64,000 bases of DNA from Candidatus Cryptobacteroides merdavium. GTDB taxonomy: Bacteria > Bacteroidota > Bacteroidia > Bacteroidales > UBA932. A program made the translations under genes and the position numbers. Below are positions 1-9,086 of the stretch, one piece after another (position 1 is the stretch's first letter; each line of letters begins with the position of its first letter). The notes beneath the pieces are model-generated. The model did not search any database and was not told where the DNA came from. It worked only from the letters and a program-made list of their open reading frames with translations. The DNA lies in NCBI GenBank assembly GCA_017694755.1, contig JADIMO010000016.1, positions 18,647-82,646 of the forward strand, written 5' to 3'.

Positions 1-1069
1 AGAACGGGCTATAGCCATCAGGAGAATCCATGGGCCGCTCCTCAGACATATTGCATACATAATATATTCCACCTGCCTTCTCCGGACATTGTCTGATTTC
101 TTCCTCAGGGCCTGACGGCTCAGATTTCCGTTCCGGCAAAGATAGCCGCCAGATACAGGGAACAGTTCCTGGACGCGTATTCGTATTGACATACAACCAT
201 CCATCCGAAATGGCAAGATCTTCCATTTCATTCGGGATCTCCTCCTGAAGTTCATACCGTGCAGCAATGCTTCGTGTGTCAGTGTCATATACCCTGATTC
301 GTGAAGGCCGTAACGGGTCCAGTTTTCCCACTCCGAAACAATAATATATCTTGCCGTCATGTACACATCCTGCCTGAGTAAACCACGTTTCAAAAGGGAA
401 CACAACCTGATCAAGAATATCATTCGCTCCAAGTATAACTTTCTTTCCTTCATTGACTGTCGGCACACGGAACTTAGTAGCAACATACTGATTCTCCCAA
501 GCGTGACACGTAACTTTTCCTGTTGTCCGCTTCCTGGCAGAGAAAACCCACAAATCTCCACGTTCCCGGTCCACCATCCAGCTCGGAGCACCGAATATCG
601 GAACATATCCTGCGTCCTTCCATCCTGCAATGTCAAGAGTTATAGTCTGAAGCAATTCAGAATGCATCCGCCCATTCCGTCTGATTATACCCTCTACAAA
701 ACATGTCCATTCGATTTCACTTCCTACCTTGCCATTGGAAACATACAGCAATGGAAAATTCGATCCTTCAGGCACTTCAATTCCAAAACTTGCATTATTG
801 GCATGATTGTCAGGACATGATGAAGCCAGTTCAAATTCATAGACAGGCTCCGGGTTTGCCTTTTCGAAATCATAGACATTCACATGACCGCCGTCTTCCA
901 GACAAAACACATATCCTCCATATATGTCCATCCCCTGCTGTGACCCTGCCCTCCTTTCTTTGGGGATGAAGACAGAGCAGTCCACATCCTTTTCCGGCTC
1001 TACATACAACTGGGCATGGGCACTGACTGACATGCAAGCCAAGACAGTAAACAATATATACTTTCTCAT
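1..1069 (-). CDS. Secreted protein, partial (3' end outside window): probable beta-propeller-like N-terminal region followed by what looks like the start of a histidine acid phosphatase domain
   Basis: Not in the ORF track. Hand translation from ATG 1069 (overlaps the symporter stop, ATGA) is open to base 1: MRKYILFTVLACMSVSAHAQLYVEP...SQQGMDIYGGYVF...EEEIRQCPEKAGGIYYVCNMSEERPMDSPDGYSPF. Signal-peptide-like start. The last ~35 aa resemble the segment that precedes the RHG motif in Bacteroidales histidine-type phosphatases (recalled similarity). Confidence 0.7.
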   Translation of the reverse strand, partial: MRKYILFTVLACMSVSAHAQLYVEPEKDVDCSVFIPKERRAGSQQGMDIYGGYVFCLEDGGHVNVYDFEKANPEPVYEFELASSCPDNHANNASFGIEVPEGSNFPLLYVSNGKVGSEIEWTCFVEGIIRRNGRMHSELLQTITLDIAGWKDAGYVPIFGAPSWMVDRERGDLWVFSARKRTTGKVTCHAWENQYVATKFRVPTVNEGKKVILGANDILDQVVFPFETWFTQAGCVHDGKIYYCFGVGKLDPLRPSRIRVYDTDTRSIAARYELQEEIPNEMEDLAISDGWLYVNTNTRPGTVPCIWRLSLPERKSEPSGPEEEIRQCPEKAGGIYYVCNMSEERPMDSPDGYSPF

Positions 1070-2850
1070 GACCTGAGTTTTTTATGATCAACATATAACC
1101 AGACAAGATACGCAGCGATCACAATAAATATCGAGATTACGAATCCCAACACAATATCCTTGACAACCAATGTCTTTGGATCACCGGTAACGACAAGTAT
1201 AATCAGCATCACTGCGATTGCACCTATTGTCCAACAGAAACAATTGACGGCCAGTTTTGAATATTCCTTTGTAGCCGCCTTCATCTTTGTATCAGGCTCA
1301 ATATCTGCATCAGAATCCAAATATGCCTTCATTCTGCCATATCCGACATCTTCCTCTCCCTTCAGTTTCGAACGTATTTCCATCACAAGCAGGATCAGTA
1401 CAGGAAGGACACAGCCGGACAAAGACTCTATCATACTCTGACCTATCACGTGTTCCGGGACAACCAATTTTGCAGTTATCCCCAATACCCAGGTAATTAT
1501 CATAGCCAGAATCAGTTGATTTCCTGTAAGACGCTTAGAAAAGAGCCCCCAGATGGACGGTATATAAAGAGGACACATTATCATTGTAAGCAAGGTGACC
1601 ACAACTTTTTCCGCTCCTCCGGCAAATGGGACAAGCATGGAAAGAGCTATTATGACAAGGCCGAATACAAGTGTAAATAGACGTCCCACCCTGATTCTTT
1701 TCTTTTCATCCGCACTGGTATTTTCATCCTTTCGTCCCCAAATTTCATAAGTATACACATTAGCATATACATTAAGAATCCCGGATACGCTGCTCAATGT
1801 TGCCGAAAGCATTGCCGCCAGCATCATTCCTACCATCCCGCTCATAAGGACAAGCTTGCTCATGTTGACGTAGGCGTGCTCTCCGTTATAAGTCATCATG
1901 GCCGCATCTGCATCCATAGCCATGCCCGGCTCCAGCACTCTGTATATCATTGTCGGGAGATACCAGACCAGTGGTGTCACCAGATAAAGAATACCTATCA
2001 GATATGTACTCCATCTTGCATCCTTGACCGTTGGAACACTTATATACCTTTGGACAAACGGCCAATCCCCGCCAATCATTGCAACATTGAGAAAAGTCCA
2101 AAGCACCAGCCATAACCATGTATATGTTTCAGACGCTCCTGACAGGAAACCGGGAATCTGTGATGCCCTGTCAACAAATTCTCCGATTCCTCCGACAGCA
2201 TGAAAAGAAAGCGGAATCATGAAAATCACCACACTTATAAGGACTCCGAACTGGATGACATCAGTCATCAATACTGCGAGGAATCCACCGGCAACGGTAT
2301 AAATCAAAGTAATGGCACCAAGAATCAGCAATGCCCACCAGATACTGAGATATCCTGCCGGAGAGTCACCTGCAAAACCTGTTGATGCAAAGATGCTTCC
2401 GTCCGGGACCTTGACCAATGCACACATCACCACGGCAACGGCATACAATGATACAGCAGTATGGACAGACCGCGCAATTATTCCTGATATCGTATAGAAC
2501 CCCACACTTCTGCGCCCGAATCTGACTGTCAGAAATTCTCCGGGAGATTTGATGCGAAGCTGTCTCCATTTTCCGGAAATCCATCGTCCCACAATCAACG
2601 ATGCAATACCAAGACACATCCCGACAACAACCGCCACAAGACCTGATTTATAAGCCACACCTCCCCATACGACAAAAGTACTTGCTGAAAATATAGTCAT
2701 GTAAGATGACACCCCAGAAAGCCACCATGAAGAATTTCTGCCCGCAATGAACATATCCTCAGAGCTTTTGATCCGACGGGACATCATGATGCTCACGGCA
2801 ATGAGTCCTAAAAAGTAGAACAATATTACAAAATAATCAAGTGTTGTCAT
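1066..2850 (-). CDS. Sodium:solute symporter (SSS family)
   Basis: 594 aa, many TM helices; SSS-like motifs DMFIAGR-WWLSG-S, TDVIQF, VQRY, AAMLSATLSS. Confidence 0.9.
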   Translation of the reverse strand: MTTLDYFVILFYFLGLIAVSIMMSRRIKSSEDMFIAGRNSSWWLSGVSSYMTIFSASTFVVWGGVAYKSGLVAVVVGMCLGIASLIVGRWISGKWRQLRIKSPGEFLTVRFGRRSVGFYTISGIIARSVHTAVSLYAVAVVMCALVKVPDGSIFASTGFAGDSPAGYLSIWWALLILGAITLIYTVAGGFLAVLMTDVIQFGVLISVVIFMIPLSFHAVGGIGEFVDRASQIPGFLSGASETYTWLWLVLWTFLNVAMIGGDWPFVQRYISVPTVKDARWSTYLIGILYLVTPLVWYLPTMIYRVLEPGMAMDADAAMMTYNGEHAYVNMSKLVLMSGMVGMMLAAMLSATLSSVSGILNVYANVYTYEIWGRKDENTSADEKKRIRVGRLFTLVFGLVIIALSMLVPFAGGAEKVVVTLLTMIMCPLYIPSIWGLFSKRLTGNQLILAMIITWVLGITAKLVVPEHVIGQSMIESLSGCVLPVLILLVMEIRSKLKGEEDVGYGRMKAYLDSDADIEPDTKMKAATKEYSKLAVNCFCWTIGAIAVMLIILVVTGDPKTLVVKDIVLGFVISIFIVIAAYLVWLYVDHKKLRS

Positions 2851-2857
2851 CTTAACA

Positions 2858-4195
2858 TCATATAATTGATCCTATTTTACGAAGCCTTTCCGTCAATTCC
2901 GGAATATCTACATCCTGAACAGCCTTTCCTGCGGCAGCACATTGTGCCGCTGCCACTCCTGCCGCCTGCCCCATATCCATACAACTCGCCTGCACGCGGA
3001 GTGAAGCAAAAGCTGTCCTGTCTGCACTGAGGCATCTTCCGGCAACAATCAGATTTGGAAAACCGGCGGCTATAAGAGCTCTATATGGCACATAACCCGG
3101 TGATTTCAGGAATGATATATCCTGTTTCTCTCCGTCGGCGATATGGATATCCACAGGATGCGCCCCCCTCGCAATGCTGTCCTCATATCGGAAGGCATTA
3201 AGATATTCATCTGCCGTCACAGTATGAATGCCCTTGATCCTCCTTGTTTCACGGATGCCGGCCTGAACAGAGACTGCAATCAGAAAGCTGTCCTTGAACT
3301 CTTCCACATGTCTTTTCAGAATATCGGCCATCTTAAACGCATCTTTTCTCAGTTTTGATTCCGCCTTCACATACTCACGGTTGTCGCATCCATTCCCATA
3401 TGTTCTGGTCATATTCACAGTGACGACACCCGGAAGAAGGACTGTACAGAACCAAGGTCCGCCAAATTCAGGGATTCCAAGTTCCTCCTTCATTGCAATG
3501 AACTTTTCCCTGACAGGCAGACAATGACAATTTTCACCCTGCCTATTATGATGGATAGCTTTCTGCATCATAGGAGTATCAGTATTTACCCCGCCAAGGA
3601 TAAAATATGATGAAAGAGGCTGAAGCTTTCCGTCGTTTCCCTGCATCGGAACACCGGCCATGAAAGCAAGATCCGCATCTCCGGTACAATCAATGAATAT
3701 TTTTGAGCATATCGCTTCACTGCCGTTCTTGTTCTCAATGATGACATGGCTTATTTTCTCATTTTCCTTTATGCAATGGCTCAAATATGAATGCATATAA
3801 AGGTCAACACCGGCTTCCTCCACTATCTCCTGACTTACAAGTTTATAATGCTCCGGCTCAAAAGCAACATTCCCCAAGGGCTCTTCCAACAGACCTCCTC
3901 CACTTTCTTCAAGACGCTTGACAAATTCCCACGGGATACCGCCGACAACTTTCTTTCCATTGTATGTGAACACACTGACAGGATTCACATATCCGGCCGT
4001 AGCCATTCCGCCCAAAAATCCATATTGTTCTATCAGCGCCGTTTTGGCCCCCTCTCTTGCAGCTGCAACAGCAGCTATGAAACCAGCCGGTCCTCCGCCA
4101 CACACAACAACGTCATATTTTCCTGTGACACATGCTGTTTTGGTAAATTCAACTTTTTCAGAACAATTCATATCCAAAGCATTTGAAAGCAACAT
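2858..4195 (-). CDS. FAD-dependent oxidoreductase (PF12831-like)
   Basis: DVVVCGGGPAG Rossmann motif, FIDCTGDAD, GIRETRRI, NLIVAGRCLS, ASLRVQ. Confidence 0.88.
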   Translation of the reverse strand: MLLSNALDMNCSEKVEFTKTACVTGKYDVVVCGGGPAGFIAAVAAAREGAKTALIEQYGFLGGMATAGYVNPVSVFTYNGKKVVGGIPWEFVKRLEESGGGLLEEPLGNVAFEPEHYKLVSQEIVEEAGVDLYMHSYLSHCIKENEKISHVIIENKNGSEAICSKIFIDCTGDADLAFMAGVPMQGNDGKLQPLSSYFILGGVNTDTPMMQKAIHHNRQGENCHCLPVREKFIAMKEELGIPEFGGPWFCTVLLPGVVTVNMTRTYGNGCDNREYVKAESKLRKDAFKMADILKRHVEEFKDSFLIAVSVQAGIRETRRIKGIHTVTADEYLNAFRYEDSIARGAHPVDIHIADGEKQDISFLKSPGYVPYRALIAAGFPNLIVAGRCLSADRTAFASLRVQASCMDMGQAAGVAAAQCAAAGKAVQDVDIPELTERLRKIGSII

Positions 4196-4200
4196 AATTT

Positions 4201-4258
4201 TATTTGAAACGATTCAAATACACTGCAAATATATAAATATTTTGAAACGATTCAAATT
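4201..4258. promoter_or_regulatory. Two LacI-type operators (TTTGAAACGATTCAAA at 4203-4218 and 4241-4256) around the minus-strand promoter (-7 TATATTTG 4226-4233; -33 TTTG 4253-4256)
   Basis: Identical 16-bp imperfect palindrome with central CG, twice, between divergent lacI and its likely target operon; Bacteroidota promoter consensus with 19-nt spacer. Confidence 0.8.
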
Positions 4259-4319
4259 AAATTTTTTTTACATATATTTGTAGAGGATTTATTTTGGTAT
4301 GCATTAAAAAATCTTGTTC

Positions 4320-5318
4320 ATGAGAAAACCCACAATAAAAGATGTTGCAGAAAAAGCAGGCGTGTCGGTTGGACTGGTATCAATGGTACTCAACAACAAG
4401 AAAGGCGTAAACAAAGAAACCGCCGAAAAAGTAATGAAAGTTGTCAAAGCCATGAAATATACTCCCAACAAAACAGCTTCAGCTTTACGTGCAGGATATA
4501 ACAAGACAATAGGAGTCATAACTCCGGACCTTGCCAATCATTATTTTTCAGATATTTCAAGACATATAGAAAACATCGCATTCGACAACGGATACACTGT
4601 CCTTTTCGGGAGTTCAGACGACAGGCCAGATAAAATCGGCAAGTTGATAGAAATATTTTATGCCAATGGCGTGAAAGGTATACTTCTGAGTCCGTGTGAC
4701 GAGTGCACAGCAGAAATCAAAAGGGCCCTCAGACTTGGCATGTCAATAGTGATGATGAACAGGGATCCGTTGGAGAACAACAATACCGGGCATGTGCTTC
4801 TGGACAATGAAAAAGCCGTCAGGATGGGACTTGTCCATCTGCTTGACAACGGTTACAGGCATATCGAAATGATATCCAACAACATCATGCTCTCAACATT
4901 GAAAATGAGAGAAAACAGCTACCTCGCAGCAATCGCTGAACTCGGTCTTCAAGATACAGCCAAAATAAATTTTGCCGATGAACGGAAACCGGATGAACTT
5001 GACTCAATCCTTAAAGGGATATCGGAACGGGGAGTGGACGCAATAATGGTACCAAGAGGTTATCTGGCACTGCATGTTGCCAATTCAATAAAGAGAATCG
5101 GGCTGCATATTCCCGATGATATTGCCTTGATTGGATTTGACGGAGGTGAAACTTACAAGATAGTGACACCGACCATCACACAACTGGTACAAAACACCAG
5201 AAAAACTGCAGAAATCTCATACAACATGCTATATGAAATGATGCATGGCGGACAGGCTGGCTATGTTCTGATTGAACCCGAACTGGTCATCGGTGAATCA
5301 ACCAGAAGAAAATACTGA
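4320..5318 (+). CDS. LacI-family transcriptional regulator
   Basis: TIKDVAEKAGVSVGLVSMVLN HTH, YTPNKTASALR hinge, periplasmic-binding-type C-terminal domain (IPDDIALIGFD). Confidence 0.93.
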   Translation: MRKPTIKDVAEKAGVSVGLVSMVLNNKKGVNKETAEKVMKVVKAMKYTPNKTASALRAGYNKTIGVITPDLANHYFSDISRHIENIAFDNGYTVLFGSSDDRPDKIGKLIEIFYANGVKGILLSPCDECTAEIKRALRLGMSIVMMNRDPLENNNTGHVLLDNEKAVRMGLVHLLDNGYRHIEMISNNIMLSTLKMRENSYLAAIAELGLQDTAKINFADERKPDELDSILKGISERGVDAIMVPRGYLALHVANSIKRIGLHIPDDIALIGFDGGETYKIVTPTITQLVQNTRKTAEISYNMLYEMMHGGQAGYVLIEPELVIGESTRRKY

Positions 5319-5417
5319 TGCACCACAGAATGACTGAAACTTGGGAATACTGAATATGAACAAATATCCAAACAGGATAAATCCTGTATGCCTTCTGCCG
5401 GAAATTCCATCTGCGTA

Positions 5418-5651
5418 TCAGAAAAGTGTCGGATGGTTGTCCTGGAGTTCGGAGAGGACTTTTTCCATGACGGCTTCGCGGTAGAGGACGGCCCTGGTGT
5501 GGACATTGAAGCGGCTGCAATATTGGTCTATGGCGGCCATTTCGCTGTCGTTGAGATAGATGACCTGCCTGTGACGGCGCACGAGGGAGGCCTTCTGCTT
5601 TTTGAGATATTCGGGATCGACTCCTGATATGGTGCTTTTCTTCTTTTTCAT
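5418..5651 (-). CDS. Small hypothetical protein, possible ribbon-helix-helix fold
   Basis: RHRQVIYLNDSEMAAIDQYC...LYREAVMEKVL...HPTLF resembles a small conserved Bacteroidales protein (recalled); start placed at ATG 5651. Confidence 0.65.
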   Translation of the reverse strand: MKKKKSTISGVDPEYLKKQKASLVRRHRQVIYLNDSEMAAIDQYCSRFNVHTRAVLYREAVMEKVLSELQDNHPTLF

Positions 5652-5839
5652 CCTGCGCTTGAATCCGTATTTTCCGGAAAATTTCACAAAAATAGCAATT
5701 TATGCGGATTCACACGGACAATATTCAGACTTTGCACAAATCTCAAAATGTTTTCATCGGATTTCTGCATTAATCTCAAAATTCAACGAATCTGAAAATT
5801 GACACAGCAATGACATTTTCATTAAATTTTATTCCGATA

Positions 5840-5872
5840 TTGCAGGATATTCGGAAAAAGGTACTACATTTG
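5840..5872 (+). promoter_or_regulatory. Bacteroidota primary-sigma promoter for the arg leader/operon
   Basis: TACATTTG at 5865-5872 matches -7 TAnnTTTG; weaker TTG at 5840-5842; lies 9 nt before the leader ATG. Confidence 0.65.
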
Positions 5873-5881
5873 CCGACAATT

Positions 5882-5977
5882 ATGAAAAATATGGGCGAAA
5901 TACAGGTTTTCAATTTTCAGCTGTGGATGGTCAGATGCCACGGCAATCTCGCCTATAATCTTGTCCGACGACGATAA
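5882..5977 (+). CDS. Putative arginine-sensing leader peptide (31 aa, ends Arg-Arg-Arg-stop)
   Basis: MKNMGEIQVFNFQLWMVRCHGNLAYNLVRRR*; last three codons are CGA CGA CGA, then TAA; lies between the promoter and argA. Confidence 0.7.
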   Translation: MKNMGEIQVFNFQLWMVRCHGNLAYNLVRRR

Positions 5978-6113
5978 GACCGGACACTCCGGGTGCCGGG
6001 AAAGGCACAATTCCCTTTAAAATACATGCATAGTGGATTGCAATGGACAATCGAGGTTTGTCTTGCCGTTAGGGGACTTGTATGTCATACAGAAAAAGAA
6101 AATAAATCACAAG

Positions 6114-6686
6114 ATGAAGATTGATGTAATGGTGGCAGACGGAAGCCACGCGATTTATGCCCGGGAAATATGCGACGAAATGTTCATATCGGCGCAGGAG
6201 AGAGGCACGGGCATAGCCAGGAGAACTCCCGAATATGTAATCGGGAAAATGAAGGCGGGAAAGGCTGTGATAGCCGTTTCCGAAGACGGGCAGTTCGCAG
6301 GATTCTCCTACATCGAGACATGGGGAGGGAAGAAATATGTCGCCAATTCAGGACTGATTGTGGCGCATCCTTTCAGGGGGCTCGGGCTGGCTAAAAGAAT
6401 CAAGGAGCGCATATTCAGGCTTTCGCGCGAACTGTTCCCCGATGCAAAGATATTCAGCATCACCACAGGGGCTGCCGTGATGAAGATGAACTATGAATTC
6501 GGGTTCAGGCCGGTGCCCTTTTCGGAACTGACTGACGATCCGGAATTCTGGAAAGGATGTCAGGGATGCAGGAATTTCCAGATACTGCAGAACAACAATT
6601 ACCGGATGTGCCTCTGCACGGGGCTGCTCTACGACCCGAAGGAGCATATAGCGATACAGGAAATAGAAATCCGCAAGGCACAATAG
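6114..6686 (+). CDS. argA: GNAT-family N-acylglutamate synthase (Bacteroidota ArgA-type)
   Basis: RGTGIARRTPEY, YVANSGLIV, IFSITTG, DDPEFWKGC..C; first gene of the arg cluster; start moved to ATG 6114. Confidence 0.75.
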   Translation: MKIDVMVADGSHAIYAREICDEMFISAQERGTGIARRTPEYVIGKMKAGKAVIAVSEDGQFAGFSYIETWGGKKYVANSGLIVAHPFRGLGLAKRIKERIFRLSRELFPDAKIFSITTGAAVMKMNYEFGFRPVPFSELTDDPEFWKGCQGCRNFQILQNNNYRMCLCTGLLYDPKEHIAIQEIEIRKAQ

Positions 6687-6736
6687 ATGCCGGAGGCAAA
6701 CTACACTGACAATAAAATATCCATACACAAAAATAT

Positions 6737-6830
6737 CCCCAAGGAGTCATCCCGAGCGCAGTCGAGTGATCTGTGGAATAAAACTGACAACATGGGGAAT
6801 TATTCCAGACAATAATAAAAACAATGCATA
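6737..6830 (+). repeat. Dispersed repeat, copy 1 (upstream of argG)
   Basis: CCCCAAGGAGTCATCCCGAGCGC (6737-6759) matches 11350-11372 at 22/23; a second similar block lies nearer the start codon. Confidence 0.7.
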
Positions 6831-8047
6831 TGAACAACAAGGTGGTGCTTGCATTCAGCGGCGGTCTGGACACTTCATTCTGTGTCCCTTATCTGAAAAA
6901 TGAAAAAGGACTTGAAGTCCATACGATAATGGTCAATACGGGAGGCTTCTCCAAAGAGGAGGAGGAACGGATTGAAAAACGAGCACTGGAACTGGGTGCA
7001 GCCTCCCATGTGAATGTCAATGCTGTGGACACATACTACAGCAAGGGACTCAAATACCTGATATTCGGGAATGTGCTGAAAAATGCGACCTATCCGCTCT
7101 CGGTAAGTTCCGAAAGGATATTCCAGGCTCTTGAAGTCCTGAAACATGTGAAGAAGCTCGGGGCCGCCTGCGTTGCCCACGGCAGCACAGGGGCAGGCAA
7201 TGACCAGGTGCGCTTCGACATAGTCTTCAACATCCTGGCTCCGGAAGTGAAGATAATAGCCCCTATCAGGGAACTGTCCATCACCCGCAAGGAAGAGATT
7301 GACTATCTGCAGAAACACGGCTTCGACTGGTCGTGGGAAAAGGCAAAATATTCCATCAACCAGGGACTCTGGGGCACGAGCATCGGAGGTGTCGAAACCC
7401 TTTCGTCAGACGGATGGCTGCCTGAGGAGGCATATCCGACCAAGGTCACGAAATCCGGACAGGAACACATCAGAATCGGCTTCGAGAAAGGCGAGCCGGT
7501 GTCATTCAACGGCAAGAAGATGTCTCCTGTGGATGTGATTCTTGCAGTGCGTGAGGCGGCTGCCCCATACGGAATCGGAAGGGACATCCATGTGGGCGAC
7601 ACCATCATAGGCATCAAGGGACGCGTGGCATTTGAAGCCGCAGCCCCGCTCATCCTCATCAAGGCCCATCACCTCCTCGAAAAGCATGTGCTCACAAAGG
7701 GCCAGCTCTACTGGAAGGACATGATTTCCGGATGGTACGGCCAGCAGATGCACGAGGCCATGTACCTCGATCCGGTGATGAGGGACATGGAAGCCATGAT
7801 GGACAGCATGGAGCAGAATGTGAGCGGAGAAGTGGAAGTGGCGCTGATGCCTTATCATTTCTCGGTGCTCGGATGCAAGAGCAGCCATGACCTGATGAAT
7901 TCATCATTCGGTGCCTACGGAGAGATAAACAAGTCATATTCCGGGGAAGATGTGGTCGGATTCACGAAAGTGCTTGCCAATCCGCTGAAGATATATTATA
8001 AGGTGAATGGAGTTGACGCGGCAAGGTCCGTGGAAGGAAAGGAATAA
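6824..8047 (+). CDS. argG: Argininosuccinate synthase
   Basis: VVLAFSGGLDTS, AHGSTGAGNDQVRF, IIGIKGRVAFEA. Confidence 0.97.
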   Translation: MHMNNKVVLAFSGGLDTSFCVPYLKNEKGLEVHTIMVNTGGFSKEEEERIEKRALELGAASHVNVNAVDTYYSKGLKYLIFGNVLKNATYPLSVSSERIFQALEVLKHVKKLGAACVAHGSTGAGNDQVRFDIVFNILAPEVKIIAPIRELSITRKEEIDYLQKHGFDWSWEKAKYSINQGLWGTSIGGVETLSSDGWLPEEAYPTKVTKSGQEHIRIGFEKGEPVSFNGKKMSPVDVILAVREAAAPYGIGRDIHVGDTIIGIKGRVAFEAAAPLILIKAHHLLEKHVLTKGQLYWKDMISGWYGQQMHEAMYLDPVMRDMEAMMDSMEQNVSGEVEVALMPYHFSVLGCKSSHDLMNSSFGAYGEINKSYSGEDVVGFTKVLANPLKIYYKVNGVDAARSVEGKE

Positions 8048-8098
8048 GACCATCCTGAAAAAGGAAGGATTACTACGGACAACCAATAAAATCAGACA

Positions 8099-9070
8099 AT
8101 GATAAGAGCAGCAATAGCAGGAGGCACTGGCTATACCGGAGGGGAACTTTTCAGGATACTCCTGAACCATCCGGAGGTGGAAATAGTCGCGGCGACCACC
8201 ACTTCTTCCGAGGGTACGCCCGTATGTGAAGTGCACAGGGACCTCATAGGAGAGACATCACTGAAATTCGGGACGGAACTGAACGACCCGGATGTGCTTT
8301 TCCTATGCCTCGGGCACGGGATCTCAAGGGAGTTCCTGGACAGCCATGACATCAGCCCCGACTGCAGGATAATAGACCTCGGGAATGACTTCAGAATCGA
8401 CGGGGACCATGCAGGAAGGCATTTTGTCTACGGACTGTGCGAAGCCGTCAGGGACAGGATACGCAATGCGCACGACATCGCCAACCCGGGATGCTTCGCC
8501 ACAGCCATACAGCTCGCCCTGCTGCCACTTGCAGGCTCCAGTCTGATAAATGACGAAATACATGTGACAGCCATAACCGGCTCGACAGGTGCGGGGAAAA
8601 AGCCCGGAGAAACGACCCATTTCAGCTACAGGGACAACAACATCTCGATCTACAAACTTTTCAGGCATCAGCATCTGGCTGAAATCAGGAAAAACATCGG
8701 GGCCGTCTCCGGGGCAGAACCCGTCATCAACTTCGTGCCGATGCGCGGGGATTTCACACGTGGAATATTCGCAAGCGTCTACACAAGGGCTGCCGCAGGA
8801 ATCACCGAAACGGAATACAGGGAACTGTATGAAAAATATTACGAAGATTCGCCTTTCGTGTTCGTGTCCGACGACGGGATATCGCTCAAGGAGGTGGTGA
8901 ACACCAACAAAGGGCTCCTGCACATTGAACTCCACGACGGATATGTGCACATCAGCTCCATCATCGACAACCTCGTGAAAGGGGCATCCGGACAGGCGGT
9001 GCAGAACATGAACCTGATGTTCGGGCTGGATGAAAGTGCAGGACTGAAACTGAAGGGCTCGGCATTCTGA
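8099..9070 (+). CDS. argC: N-acetyl-gamma-glutamyl-phosphate reductase
   Basis: GGTGYTGGEL, IANPGCFATA, IDNLVKGASGQAVQNMN. Confidence 0.97.
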   Translation: MIRAAIAGGTGYTGGELFRILLNHPEVEIVAATTTSSEGTPVCEVHRDLIGETSLKFGTELNDPDVLFLCLGHGISREFLDSHDISPDCRIIDLGNDFRIDGDHAGRHFVYGLCEAVRDRIRNAHDIANPGCFATAIQLALLPLAGSSLINDEIHVTAITGSTGAGKKPGETTHFSYRDNNISIYKLFRHQHLAEIRKNIGAVSGAEPVINFVPMRGDFTRGIFASVYTRAAAGITETEYRELYEKYYEDSPFVFVSDDGISLKEVVNTNKGLLHIELHDGYVHISSIIDNLVKGASGQAVQNMNLMFGLDESAGLKLKGSAF

Positions 9071-9086
9071 GATTGTAAAAGATTTG

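Noticed and set aside
5418-5651. Small divergent protein as the arg regulator
   Set aside because: Only adjacency supports it; no arginine-binding or ArgR features are visible
5690-5830. Possible ARG boxes (e.g. TGCATTAATCTCA, GCATAAAT) upstream of the arg promoter
   Set aside because: Matches are weak in AT-rich DNA and not clearly tandem; an argR elsewhere in the genome cannot be excluded from this window
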